Positions 1 to 8,466 of a DNA stretch of 64,000 nucleotides are shown here, piece by piece. Origin of the DNA: an uncultured delta proteobacterium (GTDB lineage Bacteria > Desulfobacterota > Desulfobacteria > Desulfobacterales > QNYZ01); assembly GCA_963845145.1 (NCBI GenBank), contig CAWJQU010000005.1, forward strand, positions 1,248,001 through 1,312,000, read 5' to 3'. A model generated the notes under the pieces. That model worked only from the letters and a program-made list of their open reading frames with translations. It was not told the DNA's origin and did not search any database. Numbering within the stretch: the stretch's first letter is position 1; every line of letters starts with the position of its first letter. The translations under genes and the position numbers were made by a program.

Positions 1-130
1 TTAAAACCGACAATAAAAGCGAGGCAACGCAGGAAAAGTGAGAAATAACAGGTTGAAGAAATCCATTGTCATGACGCTGATTGACATGTTTGGGCCTGCG
101 AATTATGATAGCCTCCTTTAGGAGCGCATT

Positions 131-1219
131 GTGTCAGCCACTACCCATCGGACGAAAAAATCGGAAACCTATCTCAGTTTGGCGATTCTTGGCTTTTTGG
201 TCGCACTTGGCTTTGTTTTTTTTTCGGTGCAAAACCGATTCAATCCTGCCGTATTAAACTTCGCACCGGAAACCGATCATGTGCAGACAGCACCGACGGA
301 CGTACCGACGGATAACGTCTCAATTCCCCTGCCCGCTGGTATCAAGGAGATGTCCCCGGCGGAAAGTTTTGATCCTGCCACCTTATCCAATAAAATTAAC
401 GGCAAAGCCGAGCTTTACCTGTCGGCGGGGTTTGTGCGCCTTAATACCCAACGTTTCAAACCTGCTGACGATTCGAGTACCTGGTTTGAGGTTTTTATCT
501 ACGATATGGGTAAGCCGTCCAACGCCTTTGCCGTTTACAGCAGTCAGCGTCGACAGGATGTCGAAAAACTGTCCCTGACCCAGCATGCTTATGGAACAGC
601 CAACGCTCTTTTCTTCGCAACGGGTCGGCACTATGTGGAAATAATCGCCGCGACATCCGGTGAGGCGGTTACATCGATGCTGACGGTGTTTGCCGAAAAT
701 TTTTTGGATAGCGTCGAAGGGGAGGCCGAGGGTCAAGGGGAAGCGGCGGGTCCGGAGCAGGTTTTTCCCACCGAAGATTTGGTGGCCGACAGCATTACCC
801 TTATCGCCAAGGACGCTTTCGGTTTCGATCGTCTCGATCAGGTGTATACCGCCAAGTATTCGGGCATGAAAACGGAAACGACCCTGTTTGTTTCGTTGCG
901 GTCATCTCCCAAGGCGGCTGAGATCTTAGCCACGGCGTATCGGGATTTTCTAATTGAATTCGGAGGATCTGAAATGGCGAAACCGGAAGGGTTTGCCCGA
1001 GAGGGATTTTTCGCCATTGACATCATGGATGCTTATGAAGTGGTCTTTTCCCACGGGCCTTATCTGGCCGGCGTCCATATGGCCGAAGATAAGGATTCGG
1101 CCAATCGATTGGCCACCCTGCTGGATCGTCAAATCGAGCGGGTTTTGGATCCCCGGTTGGATCCCGAGTTAGATCCTCGGCGGGATCCTGGGCAGGATAA
1201 AAAGGAAGTAGAGAAATGA
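131..1219 (+). CDS. DUF6599-like membrane-anchored periplasmic protein
   Basis: 362 aa with N-terminal TM helix; the motifs 'INGKAELYLSAGF' and 'IYDMGKPSNAFAVYS' recall DUF6599; overlaps the next gene. Confidence 0.6.
   Translation: MSATTHRTKKSETYLSLAILGFLVALGFVFFSVQNRFNPAVLNFAPETDHVQTAPTDVPTDNVSIPLPAGIKEMSPAESFDPATLSNKINGKAELYLSAGFVRLNTQRFKPADDSSTWFEVFIYDMGKPSNAFAVYSSQRRQDVEKLSLTQHAYGTANALFFATGRHYVEIIAATSGEAVTSMLTVFAENFLDSVEGEAEGQGEAAGPEQVFPTEDLVADSITLIAKDAFGFDRLDQVYTAKYSGMKTETTLFVSLRSSPKAAEILATAYRDFLIEFGGSEMAKPEGFAREGFFAIDIMDAYEVVFSHGPYLAGVHMAEDKDSANRLATLLDRQIERVLDPRLDPELDPRRDPGQDKKEVEK
1145..1198 (+). repeat. 12-nt in-frame tandem repeat (LDPR/LDPE/LDPR/RDPG)
   Basis: ttggatccccgg ttggatcccgag ttagatcctcgg cgggatcctggg caggat. 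Confidence 0.85.
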
Positions 1220-2205
1220 GTTTATCCGATGCCAACACCCATCGACGGGATTTTCTCACCCGGTTGGTGAAGGCCGGTCTATTGACTGCCGTTACGGGAG
1301 TTGCGGGATGGAAACTCTACGACGGTAAAGGGCCCTCTGCGCCCTCGGCCAATAAAGCGACAACGACCCTGCCTGCTTATACCATCGATGGGTTGTCATC
1401 CCGGCTGGTGATCGCGCATGGGAACGATCGAAAAAAAACCGTCAACCTAGGGCTGAAAGCCCTGGGTGGCATCGAAGCCTTTGTCAAAAAAGGCGAGCGG
1501 GTATTACTCAAGGTCAACGCTGCTTTTGCCTCGCCGCCGGTGCTTTCGGCCACCTCCCATCCGGATCTGGTGGCGGAACTGACGCGTCTTTGTTTGCAAG
1601 CCGGCGCTGCGGAAGTTCGTGTGGCCGACAACCCCATTAACGATCCGGGCACCTGTTTTGAATTGTCCGGCATTGGCCCGGCGGCCCGGTCGGCCGGGGC
1701 CCGGGTGGTTCTGCCCCGACAATCATCTTTTCAATCGGTATCGGTGCGTGAGGGGAGGCTGATTCAGAATTGGCCGGTTTTTGTCGATGCGTTGACCGGA
1801 ATTGACAAGGTCATCGGCGTGGCGCCGGTCAAAGATCATCACCGCAGTGGGGCCTCCTTAACCATGAAAAACTGGTATGGCCTACTGGGCGGCCGTCGCA
1901 ATATTTTCCATCAGGAAATCCATGATATTATTTACGAACTGGCGTTAATGATCCGGCCGTCGCTGGTTATATTGGATGGCACGACCACCATGTTAAAAAA
2001 CGGCCCCACCGGTGGCGCGCTGGACGACCTGAAGCAGACCGATACCATGATCCTGGGCACCGACCCGGTGGCCGTCGATACGGTGGGCGCTGGGTTACTG
2101 GAGAAATCGTTAACGGCCCTGCCGCATATCGCCAAAGCCGAGGCTGCCGGCCTGGGCACCACGGACCTGGACACGCTTAATCCGATTATCCTGTCGCAAG
2201 GTTAA
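1216..2205 (+). CDS. DUF362 domain protein with Tat signal
   Basis: THRRDFL twin-arginine motif; 'VLLKVN', 'TSHPDLV', 'KDHHRSGASLTMKNWYG', 'DPVAVD'. Confidence 0.85.
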   Translation: MSLSDANTHRRDFLTRLVKAGLLTAVTGVAGWKLYDGKGPSAPSANKATTTLPAYTIDGLSSRLVIAHGNDRKKTVNLGLKALGGIEAFVKKGERVLLKVNAAFASPPVLSATSHPDLVAELTRLCLQAGAAEVRVADNPINDPGTCFELSGIGPAARSAGARVVLPRQSSFQSVSVREGRLIQNWPVFVDALTGIDKVIGVAPVKDHHRSGASLTMKNWYGLLGGRRNIFHQEIHDIIYELALMIRPSLVILDGTTTMLKNGPTGGALDDLKQTDTMILGTDPVAVDTVGAGLLEKSLTALPHIAKAEAAGLGTTDLDTLNPIILSQG

Positions 2206-2216
2206 AGGAGCAACGT

Positions 2217-4022
2217 TTGCGCATTATTACCACCCGACGGATCAGCCAGATATTTTTTGTATGCCTGTTTTTTTGGTTTTGCGGCGTTTCTTCTCTTGGC
2301 CGTCAGTGGTGGCAGCTGCGGGGATGGCCGATCAACTTTTTTCTGGAATTGGACCCGCTGGCCGGGCTGGGTATGGCCCTCACCACGGGCACCTTATATA
2401 AGGGCATGGTCTGGGGGTTGGTTACCCTGGTCGTTACCTTTTTTCTGGGGCGGGTGTTTTGTGGCTGGGTGTGTCCCTTCGGGGCGATTCATCAGTTTTT
2501 AGGCTATATCGCCCGGATTAAACAAAAGGCGCCGGAAAAGGTGCGGCAAAACCGCTATCATTCAGGCCAAAGGGTCAAATACTGGATTCTGATGGTGATG
2601 CTGGGAGCCATTGTATACGATCTGGTTCTACGGCTGCTGGGCATCTCTTCGCATCGCATGCTTTCAACCTTGACCATCGGCCTGTTGGACCCCATGCCGC
2701 TGTTGTACCGTTCGATCAATCTCATTATTTTACCCCTGATTGACGGTGGTGGGCGTTGGTTTTCGTCGTCCCTGCGGTGGTACGAAGGGGGTTTTTCCAT
2801 CGGCCTGGTGTTTTTTCCGGCCCTGTTGCTGAATATAAAAAGGCCCCGGTTTTTCTGTCGCTATGTCTGTCCGTTGGGGGCTCTCTTGGGAATTTTTAGC
2901 CGCTGGCCGTTGTTTCGTATCTATAAATCCGATGCCGCCTGTAAAACCTGTCCGTCCTGCGAGCGTCATTGCGAGGGTGCCTGTCAGCCCTCAGAGAATT
3001 TAAGGCTCAGCGAATGCGTGGTGTGCCTCAATTGTCGTGAGGATTGCCGGGGAGAATCGATTCATTACGGCCTGCAACCATCGGCCACCGGTGAGATCAC
3101 GGTGCCTGACATTCGGCGCCGCGAAGTGGTTTTGTCCATGGTTTCCGGCGTGGCTGGAATGGCGGCGTTTGGCATGGAAGGCCGGCAAGGGTTTAACTGG
3201 CCGGCCCACCTGGTTCGTCCACCCGGAGCGGTGGCCGAAACCGATTTTCTAGCGCGGTGTATTCGTTGCGGCCAATGCATGCGAATCTGTCCCACCAATG
3301 TGATCCAACCGGCGATAGGCCAAGCCGGGTGGGAGGCCCTCTGGACGCCGATCCTCAATTTTCGAATTGGCACCAGTGGTTGCCAGCACTCCTGCATCGC
3401 CTGCGGCCACGTCTGTCCCACCGCGGCCATTCGACCCTTAAGCCGTGACGAACGCATGGGACTAGACGACTTTGCATCACCAGGACCCATCCGTATCGGG
3501 ACAGCTTTTGTCGACCGGGGTCGCTGTCTGCCCTGGGCCATGGATACCCCCTGCATCGTCTGCCAGGAAAACTGTCCGGTGAGCCCCAAGGCCATCTTCA
3601 CCCGGGAAGTATTGAATCCGATACGAATGGATCGACCCCTGACGGTTATGTCGGCCGAGGCGGAACAGGTAAAGCTAAGTGGCGCGGTGTTACCGCCGGG
3701 ACGTTATGCGACCGGTGATTATTATTGTCGAATTGTCGGAGATCCGCCGGCGGTGTGGCGGGATGGACAAAAGCCCAAACGAATCATCCGGCAAAACGAA
3801 CAGTCTATCTTTATCCCGGCAGACGACCCCTTTGACCCAGCCCCCCGGACGGGAGACCGCGTTGAGATCTTGATTCGGCTACAGCAACCCTTCGTCAGTC
3901 CTGAGCACTGCATCGGCTGCGGTATATGCGAGCACGAATGCCCTGTTTCCGGTAAAAGAGCGATTCGGATCACGGCGGACAATGAGTCTCGGAATGCGGA
4001 GCATAGCTTTTTGTTGTCATAG
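2217..4022 (+). CDS. Membrane polyferredoxin (NapH/MauN-like fused to NapG/MauM-like 4Fe-4S domains)
   Basis: FCGWVCPFG and FCRYVCPLG motifs, 'VRPPGA...CIRCGQCMRICP', several CxxCxxCxxxCP. Confidence 0.85.
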   Translation: MRIITTRRISQIFFVCLFFWFCGVSSLGRQWWQLRGWPINFFLELDPLAGLGMALTTGTLYKGMVWGLVTLVVTFFLGRVFCGWVCPFGAIHQFLGYIARIKQKAPEKVRQNRYHSGQRVKYWILMVMLGAIVYDLVLRLLGISSHRMLSTLTIGLLDPMPLLYRSINLIILPLIDGGGRWFSSSLRWYEGGFSIGLVFFPALLLNIKRPRFFCRYVCPLGALLGIFSRWPLFRIYKSDAACKTCPSCERHCEGACQPSENLRLSECVVCLNCREDCRGESIHYGLQPSATGEITVPDIRRREVVLSMVSGVAGMAAFGMEGRQGFNWPAHLVRPPGAVAETDFLARCIRCGQCMRICPTNVIQPAIGQAGWEALWTPILNFRIGTSGCQHSCIACGHVCPTAAIRPLSRDERMGLDDFASPGPIRIGTAFVDRGRCLPWAMDTPCIVCQENCPVSPKAIFTREVLNPIRMDRPLTVMSAEAEQVKLSGAVLPPGRYATGDYYCRIVGDPPAVWRDGQKPKRIIRQNEQSIFIPADDPFDPAPRTGDRVEILIRLQQPFVSPEHCIGCGICEHECPVSGKRAIRITADNESRNAEHSFLLS

Positions 4023-4127
4023 ACCTTATAGTTTGGTGAAATGAAACTGTTTGCGACGGATATTTCCTCACCCGCAGAGAGGATAATTTGCAATGATGGA
4101 AACGGCTAAAAAAACGGGGAGGGTGAA

Positions 4128-4832
4128 TTGATGGAGATCGATGTTTATTGCGACGAAGCCTTTCCTGATTTGTTCTCTTCAAAAAAGGCATCGGCTAAAT
4201 ATCTGATAATTGGCGGGCTTTGGCTCGACCGTCAAAACCGCAGCCAATTCAAATCGGATATTCATGAACTTCGGAACCGGTATAAAATCGGCGGGGAATT
4301 TAAATGGAACAAAGTATCCCGGTCTAAAATTAAATTTTATAAAGCGCTTCTCTCCTGGTTTCATGAGAAAGGAAATGCGCTTCGTTTTCGCTGTATTGCC
4401 GTGGATAAAAGCCAGGTCAATTTATTTCGTTTTCATTCCAACGATCAGGAATTGGGTTTTTACAAATTTTATTACCAAATGTTGCATCACTGGATTCATG
4501 ATTTTAATGAATATCGAATTTTTTGTGATTTTAAATGCAATCGCCGGATAGATCGATTGCATACATTGAAACAGTGTCTAACCAATGCCAACCTCTCTTC
4601 AGCAATTGTTACGGTTCAGTCGATTCGATCCGAAGAAGCCGTGTTGATTCAACTCGCCGATGTTTTAGTCGGATTCGGTTCCGCACGTATGAATAAATCT
4701 TTAAAACCAGGCGGTGCGAAAATTGAACTTGTCGAACATTATGAAGCCCTTCTTGGGCGCCGGGTGCAACCGACGTCTTTAGCAGAAAAAAAATTCAACC
4801 TTTTTAAGATCAATCTCACCGGAGGATTGTAG
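4128..4832 (+). CDS. DUF3800 family protein (RNase H-like fold)
   Basis: N-terminal VYCDE, central FCD, C-terminal IQLADVLVG; AT-rich. Confidence 0.85.
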   Translation: MMEIDVYCDEAFPDLFSSKKASAKYLIIGGLWLDRQNRSQFKSDIHELRNRYKIGGEFKWNKVSRSKIKFYKALLSWFHEKGNALRFRCIAVDKSQVNLFRFHSNDQELGFYKFYYQMLHHWIHDFNEYRIFCDFKCNRRIDRLHTLKQCLTNANLSSAIVTVQSIRSEEAVLIQLADVLVGFGSARMNKSLKPGGAKIELVEHYEALLGRRVQPTSLAEKKFNLFKINLTGGL

Positions 4833-5258
4833 ATGGCGTATCCTCCGTTGGTTATTTACCAAGACAGGGATAAATATCGAAAACATTTTGAGACGATTTA
4901 TTGCCAAGGCGCTATAAAAACCTTCGATGGCTTTAAAATTCGGTTTAAAAAGCGTGACTTCGATCATGCTTTTTATGAATCGATCAATTCGAAAGACGAC
5001 TGGTTTTCAATCAAGCGTGCGCAACGAATTGATTGGATAAAGTTCGCTCTAAAAGATTCTAAAAGCGAGCGCTATTTTGGGTGGAATAAAAAGCGTCGAA
5101 AAATTGACCGGACGAGGCGGGTGGCTATCGTCATGCAAGACTATGTTGTCGTCATCGGGTTGAACAGAGAGCGTCTAACAGGATGGTTTATTACCTCGTT
5201 TGTTGCAGACTCCGGTAGAACATTAAAAATGATTCGGGAAAATCCGAAATGGAAATAA
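4833..5258 (+). CDS. Hypothetical basic protein, possible BECR/RelE-like ribonuclease
   Basis: 141 aa, ATG directly after the DUF3800 stop; 'FDHAF', beta-rich 'YVVVIG...WFITSF' C-terminus. Confidence 0.55.
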   Translation: MAYPPLVIYQDRDKYRKHFETIYCQGAIKTFDGFKIRFKKRDFDHAFYESINSKDDWFSIKRAQRIDWIKFALKDSKSERYFGWNKKRRKIDRTRRVAIVMQDYVVVIGLNRERLTGWFITSFVADSGRTLKMIRENPKWK

Positions 5259-5326
5259 AAAACCGCTGATTCGCCAGGCCGGCTCAGCGGAAGCCTTTGT
5301 AGGTTCCACTACCACTGGTAGAGAAC
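5257..5326 (-). ncRNA. Candidate DUF3800-associated small RNA 1 (~70 nt)
   Basis: GUUCUCUACCAGUGGUAGUGGAAC hairpin, 12-nt linker, CCGCUGA...UCAGCGG hairpin + U6; promoter upstream. Confidence 0.65.
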
Positions 5327-5469
5327 AATTAGAAAATAAACCATTCATTTATGGTTTGTCAAGAAAATCCCTAAGAATAATGAGAGTTTGAGCGAAATAT
5401 TTGAGGGTGATCGAATGGCGAAGGCCTTTACCGAACACGAGAAGATGGGCAAAGCGGAAGCCTTTGTAG
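5286..5469 (+). repeat. 17-bp exact direct repeat AGCGGAAGCCTTTGTAG
   Basis: Copies at 5286-5302 and 5453-5469. Confidence 0.9.
5333..5362 (-). promoter_or_regulatory. sigma70 promoter for sRNA 1
   Basis: TTGACA (5362-5357)-N18-TATTTT (5338-5333); the inverted repeat AAACCAT-N6-ATGGTTT (5338-5357) overlaps the spacer. Confidence 0.6.
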
Positions 5470-5474
5470 ACTCT

Positions 5475-5827
5475 GCAATTAATTCAGAACATGCGAGGGC
5501 AGTCATTTTTGCCCATCGCAAATTCAGGGAAATGGATAGAAGACCGTAATAGAGTATGTTCCCCCACGCGTGTCTTCGCTATGTTCAACAGATTTTATGA
5601 CGAACGACTCCCTACGGAAACGTTTTAAAATTGACGCTAAAAATAGCGTTACAGTTTCAAGAATCATCAAAGATACGATTTCCGCCGGCCTGATTCGGTG
5701 CCATGACGATATTAAAAATTTTGATGTGGATTTAATCTGGAAAGAGGGTACGACAAGGTCGGCACTCTGGTATCCAGAAAATATCGAAGGTATTGCGTCT
5801 GGAAAAAACAAAAATACGAAATCATAA
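5475..5827 (+). pseudogene. C-terminal remnant of an AlbA_2/HATPase-wHTH ATP-binding regulator
   Basis: Across frames reads SEHARAVIFAHRKFREMD..HACLRYVQ..DFMTNDSLRKRFKIDAKNSVTVSRIIKDTISAGLI; no N-terminus; frameshifted. Confidence 0.6.
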
Positions 5828-5917
5828 CGCAATTCATTCCTGATAATGGTATATAAATCAAATGGGTAACTTTTGATTTACCAAAATGAAGATAAAAAAT
5901 TTATAGGAGACAACAAA

Positions 5918-7123
5918 ATGAACCCTAAAAACATATCCCGTCGAAACTTTCTTAAGACCGCAGGTGCGGGCGGTATTGGCGCTGTTCTTGGGCCGAAAAT
6001 GGCCAAGGGCGCACAAAGCGATACGGATAAGCATGATAAAATGCCCACTCGCCCTTTTGGGCGATCCGGCATCGAGGTCCCCATATTGAGCATGGGCGGA
6101 ATGTTCGACATACCCAACAACCAACTGATGCTCAAACAGGCCATTCGCTTAGGTGTGACCTATTGGGATACGGCGAATAGTTACGGACATGGTGTCAGCG
6201 AGACGGGTATTGGTCAATACTTCACAAAATACCCTGAGGAACGAAAAAAAATCTTTCTGGTAACCAAATCCGGCAATCATGATCCCGACGGAATGACCGA
6301 GCATTTGAATCTTTCCCTGAAGCGAATGAACACGGACACTATCGATCTGTTTTTCATGCATTCTTTACGCAATACAAAACCACTGAAAGACAAGGTCCGA
6401 GCCTGGGCCGAAAAACAAAAAGCGGCGGGTAAAATCCGTCTGTTTGGGTTCAGCACTCATAGCAACATGGAAAAGTGTCTATCGAGTGCGGCCGGTTTTG
6501 ATTGGATTGATGGTATTATGATGACTTATAATTTTCGACTCATGCATACACAAAAAATGAAGGATGCCGTCAACGCTTGTGTGGATGCTGGAATCGGTTT
6601 AACCGCTATGAAAACCCAAGGCGGCGGACAGCTTCAGGCGTCTTCTGAAAAGGAGTTATTGCTGGGTGGGCGTTTTCTTGAACAAGGATTTACGCAACAT
6701 CAGGCCAAGTTAAAAGCGGTGTGGGAAAATAATCAAATTTCCGCGATATGTTCTATGATGGAGAACATGACTTATCTAATGACAAATACCGCAGCAGCCT
6801 TAGACAAGACCCGCTTATCTGCGGCGGATTTAGAACGTTTGGCGCTCTATGCCGATTCCACGGCTTGCTCTTATTGTACAGGGTGCGGAGATATCTGTGA
6901 AAAAGCGGTTGGCGAAGATATTCCCATCGCCGACGTGATGCGCTATTTAATGTATGCTGAAAGTTATGGTGATTGGGATCGGGGCGCCGCCGGGTTTCAG
7001 CGCTTGCCGGAGGAAACCCGCCGTCGTCTGGCCCATATCGATTATGGCAAGGCCGAGCGTCGATGTCCCCAACAAATGGCGATTGGGGAACTGATGCGCC
7101 GGGCACAGAAGCAATTGGCATAA
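5918..7123 (+). CDS. Tat-exported aldo/keto reductase with C-terminal Fe-S motif
   Basis: RBS AGGAGA then ATG 5918; SRRNFLK; 'YWDTANSY', 'FLVTK', 'CTGCGDIC'. Confidence 0.9.
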   Translation: MNPKNISRRNFLKTAGAGGIGAVLGPKMAKGAQSDTDKHDKMPTRPFGRSGIEVPILSMGGMFDIPNNQLMLKQAIRLGVTYWDTANSYGHGVSETGIGQYFTKYPEERKKIFLVTKSGNHDPDGMTEHLNLSLKRMNTDTIDLFFMHSLRNTKPLKDKVRAWAEKQKAAGKIRLFGFSTHSNMEKCLSSAAGFDWIDGIMMTYNFRLMHTQKMKDAVNACVDAGIGLTAMKTQGGGQLQASSEKELLLGGRFLEQGFTQHQAKLKAVWENNQISAICSMMENMTYLMTNTAAALDKTRLSAADLERLALYADSTACSYCTGCGDICEKAVGEDIPIADVMRYLMYAESYGDWDRGAAGFQRLPEETRRRLAHIDYGKAERRCPQQMAIGELMRRAQKQLA

Positions 7124-7127
7124 GGGG

Positions 7128-7269
7128 GAGCCAATCTAAAAACGTCCCAGTTTGCCCAATCTCTGCGTCTGGCTCAAATTTTAATCCTCGAAATACCCAA
7201 TGTATTCCTCAGGTTAAAATTTTAGCCATCCTTGACCTTGGACAAACTGAAACGTTTTTAAAATGGCTC
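7128..7269. mobile_element. 142-bp MITE-like element, copy 1
   Basis: Imperfect terminal inverted repeats GAGCCAATCTAAAAACGTCCCAGTTTGCCCAA / TTGGACAAACTGAAACGTTTTTAAAATGGCTC; a same-length copy lies at 14187-14328. Confidence 0.8.
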
Positions 7270-7294
7270 GGGGTATTGCCAATAGGGAGCGGTC

Positions 7295-7609
7295 ATGCAG
7301 ATCAACCTGATTTATATCACCACCGAAAATAGTGCCGAAGCTGAACGGATTGGGCAAATCCTGGTGGAAGAGCGTCTGGCGGCCTGCGTCAACATTCTCG
7401 ACGGGATGCGTTCGATTTATCATTGGGAAGGAAAGCTGGTAAAAGATACCGAAACGGTTCTCATCGCCAAGACGACTGAAAACAAGGTTCCAGCTCTGAC
7501 AACGCGGGTTAAGGCGCTCCACAAATATGATTGTCCTTGCATTGTGTCCCTGCCCATTACAGGGGGAAACGATGCTTTTCTTCGCTGGGTGGGCGAGGAG
7601 GTTCAATGA
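7295..7609 (+). CDS. cutA: Divalent-cation tolerance protein CutA
   Basis: 'LVEERLAACVNI', 'SIYHWEG', 'HKYDCPCI'. Confidence 0.95.
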   Translation: MQINLIYITTENSAEAERIGQILVEERLAACVNILDGMRSIYHWEGKLVKDTETVLIAKTTENKVPALTTRVKALHKYDCPCIVSLPITGGNDAFLRWVGEEVQ

Positions 7610-8382
7610 AAGACGCCGCCAATCCATTTGCTGAAAAAATGGACCAAATTGCCGCCAAAATGGGGTCGGGTCGAAATGTCGCCTTTACCGGCGCGGGAAT
7701 TTCCACGGAGAGCGGTATTCCCGATTATCGCAGCCAGGGGGGTATCTGGGACAAGTTTAAGCCGGTCTACTTTGACGATTTTATGCGGAGCAAAGATGCC
7801 CGTATCGAATACTGGCAACAAAAGGCGGCGATGTATGACGACCTGCAAAAAGCCAGGCCCAATGCCGCCCACCTGGCTTTGGCCGATTTGTACCACAAAG
7901 GTCGTTTGGCAGCAGTGATCACCCAGAATATCGACGGATTGCATCAGGAATCGGGTATTTCCCCCGATGATGTCATTGAACTCCATGGGAACACACGCCG
8001 CGTGCGTTGCATGTCCTGCGATGACATCTCTACAGACCATGATGCTTTTAAACGGATCGCGTCTGGGGATCTTGCCCCGGAATGTTCCTGCGGCGGTTAT
8101 TTGAAGCCGGACACGATCTCCTTTGGACAGGCCATGCCGGAAGTTGAAGTAAAAAAAGCCACAGCTTTAGCCCGGCAATGTGATTTTTTTCTGGTGGTGG
8201 GGTCGACGCTTCTGGTTCAACCGGCGGCCCTGCTCCCCGACATGGCCCGCCGCAGCGGCGCTTTTTTGGCCATTGTGAATTTGTCCGAAACACCATATGA
8301 TGCGGTTTGTGATATCCTTATCAAGGGAAAAGCCGGAGAGGTATTACCGCAAATCACCAATCGGGTTCTCGATTTATCCTGA
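7606..8382 (+). CDS. cobB: NAD-dependent protein deacylase, Sir2/CobB family
   Basis: GAGISTESGIPDYR, TQNIDGLH, HG..CxxC; ATG 7606 overlaps the cutA stop. Confidence 0.9.
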   Translation: MKDAANPFAEKMDQIAAKMGSGRNVAFTGAGISTESGIPDYRSQGGIWDKFKPVYFDDFMRSKDARIEYWQQKAAMYDDLQKARPNAAHLALADLYHKGRLAAVITQNIDGLHQESGISPDDVIELHGNTRRVRCMSCDDISTDHDAFKRIASGDLAPECSCGGYLKPDTISFGQAMPEVEVKKATALARQCDFFLVVGSTLLVQPAALLPDMARRSGAFLAIVNLSETPYDAVCDILIKGKAGEVLPQITNRVLDLS

Positions 8383-8466
8383 GTTTCCAACAAAAAATTA
8401 TCCTATATCTCATACTACGCTAACAGCCCTGATTGACAATCAGGTGCTCACTCTTGAGGAGAATAC

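Noticed and set aside
5286..5469. CRISPR array
   Set aside because: Only two exact 17-bp copies, irregular spacing and no cas genes; no CRISPR array is seen anywhere in the window.
7606..8382. Sir2 as an anti-phage NADase
   Set aside because: It is a typical zinc-binding CobB-type deacylase in a housekeeping context (cutA, pyk).
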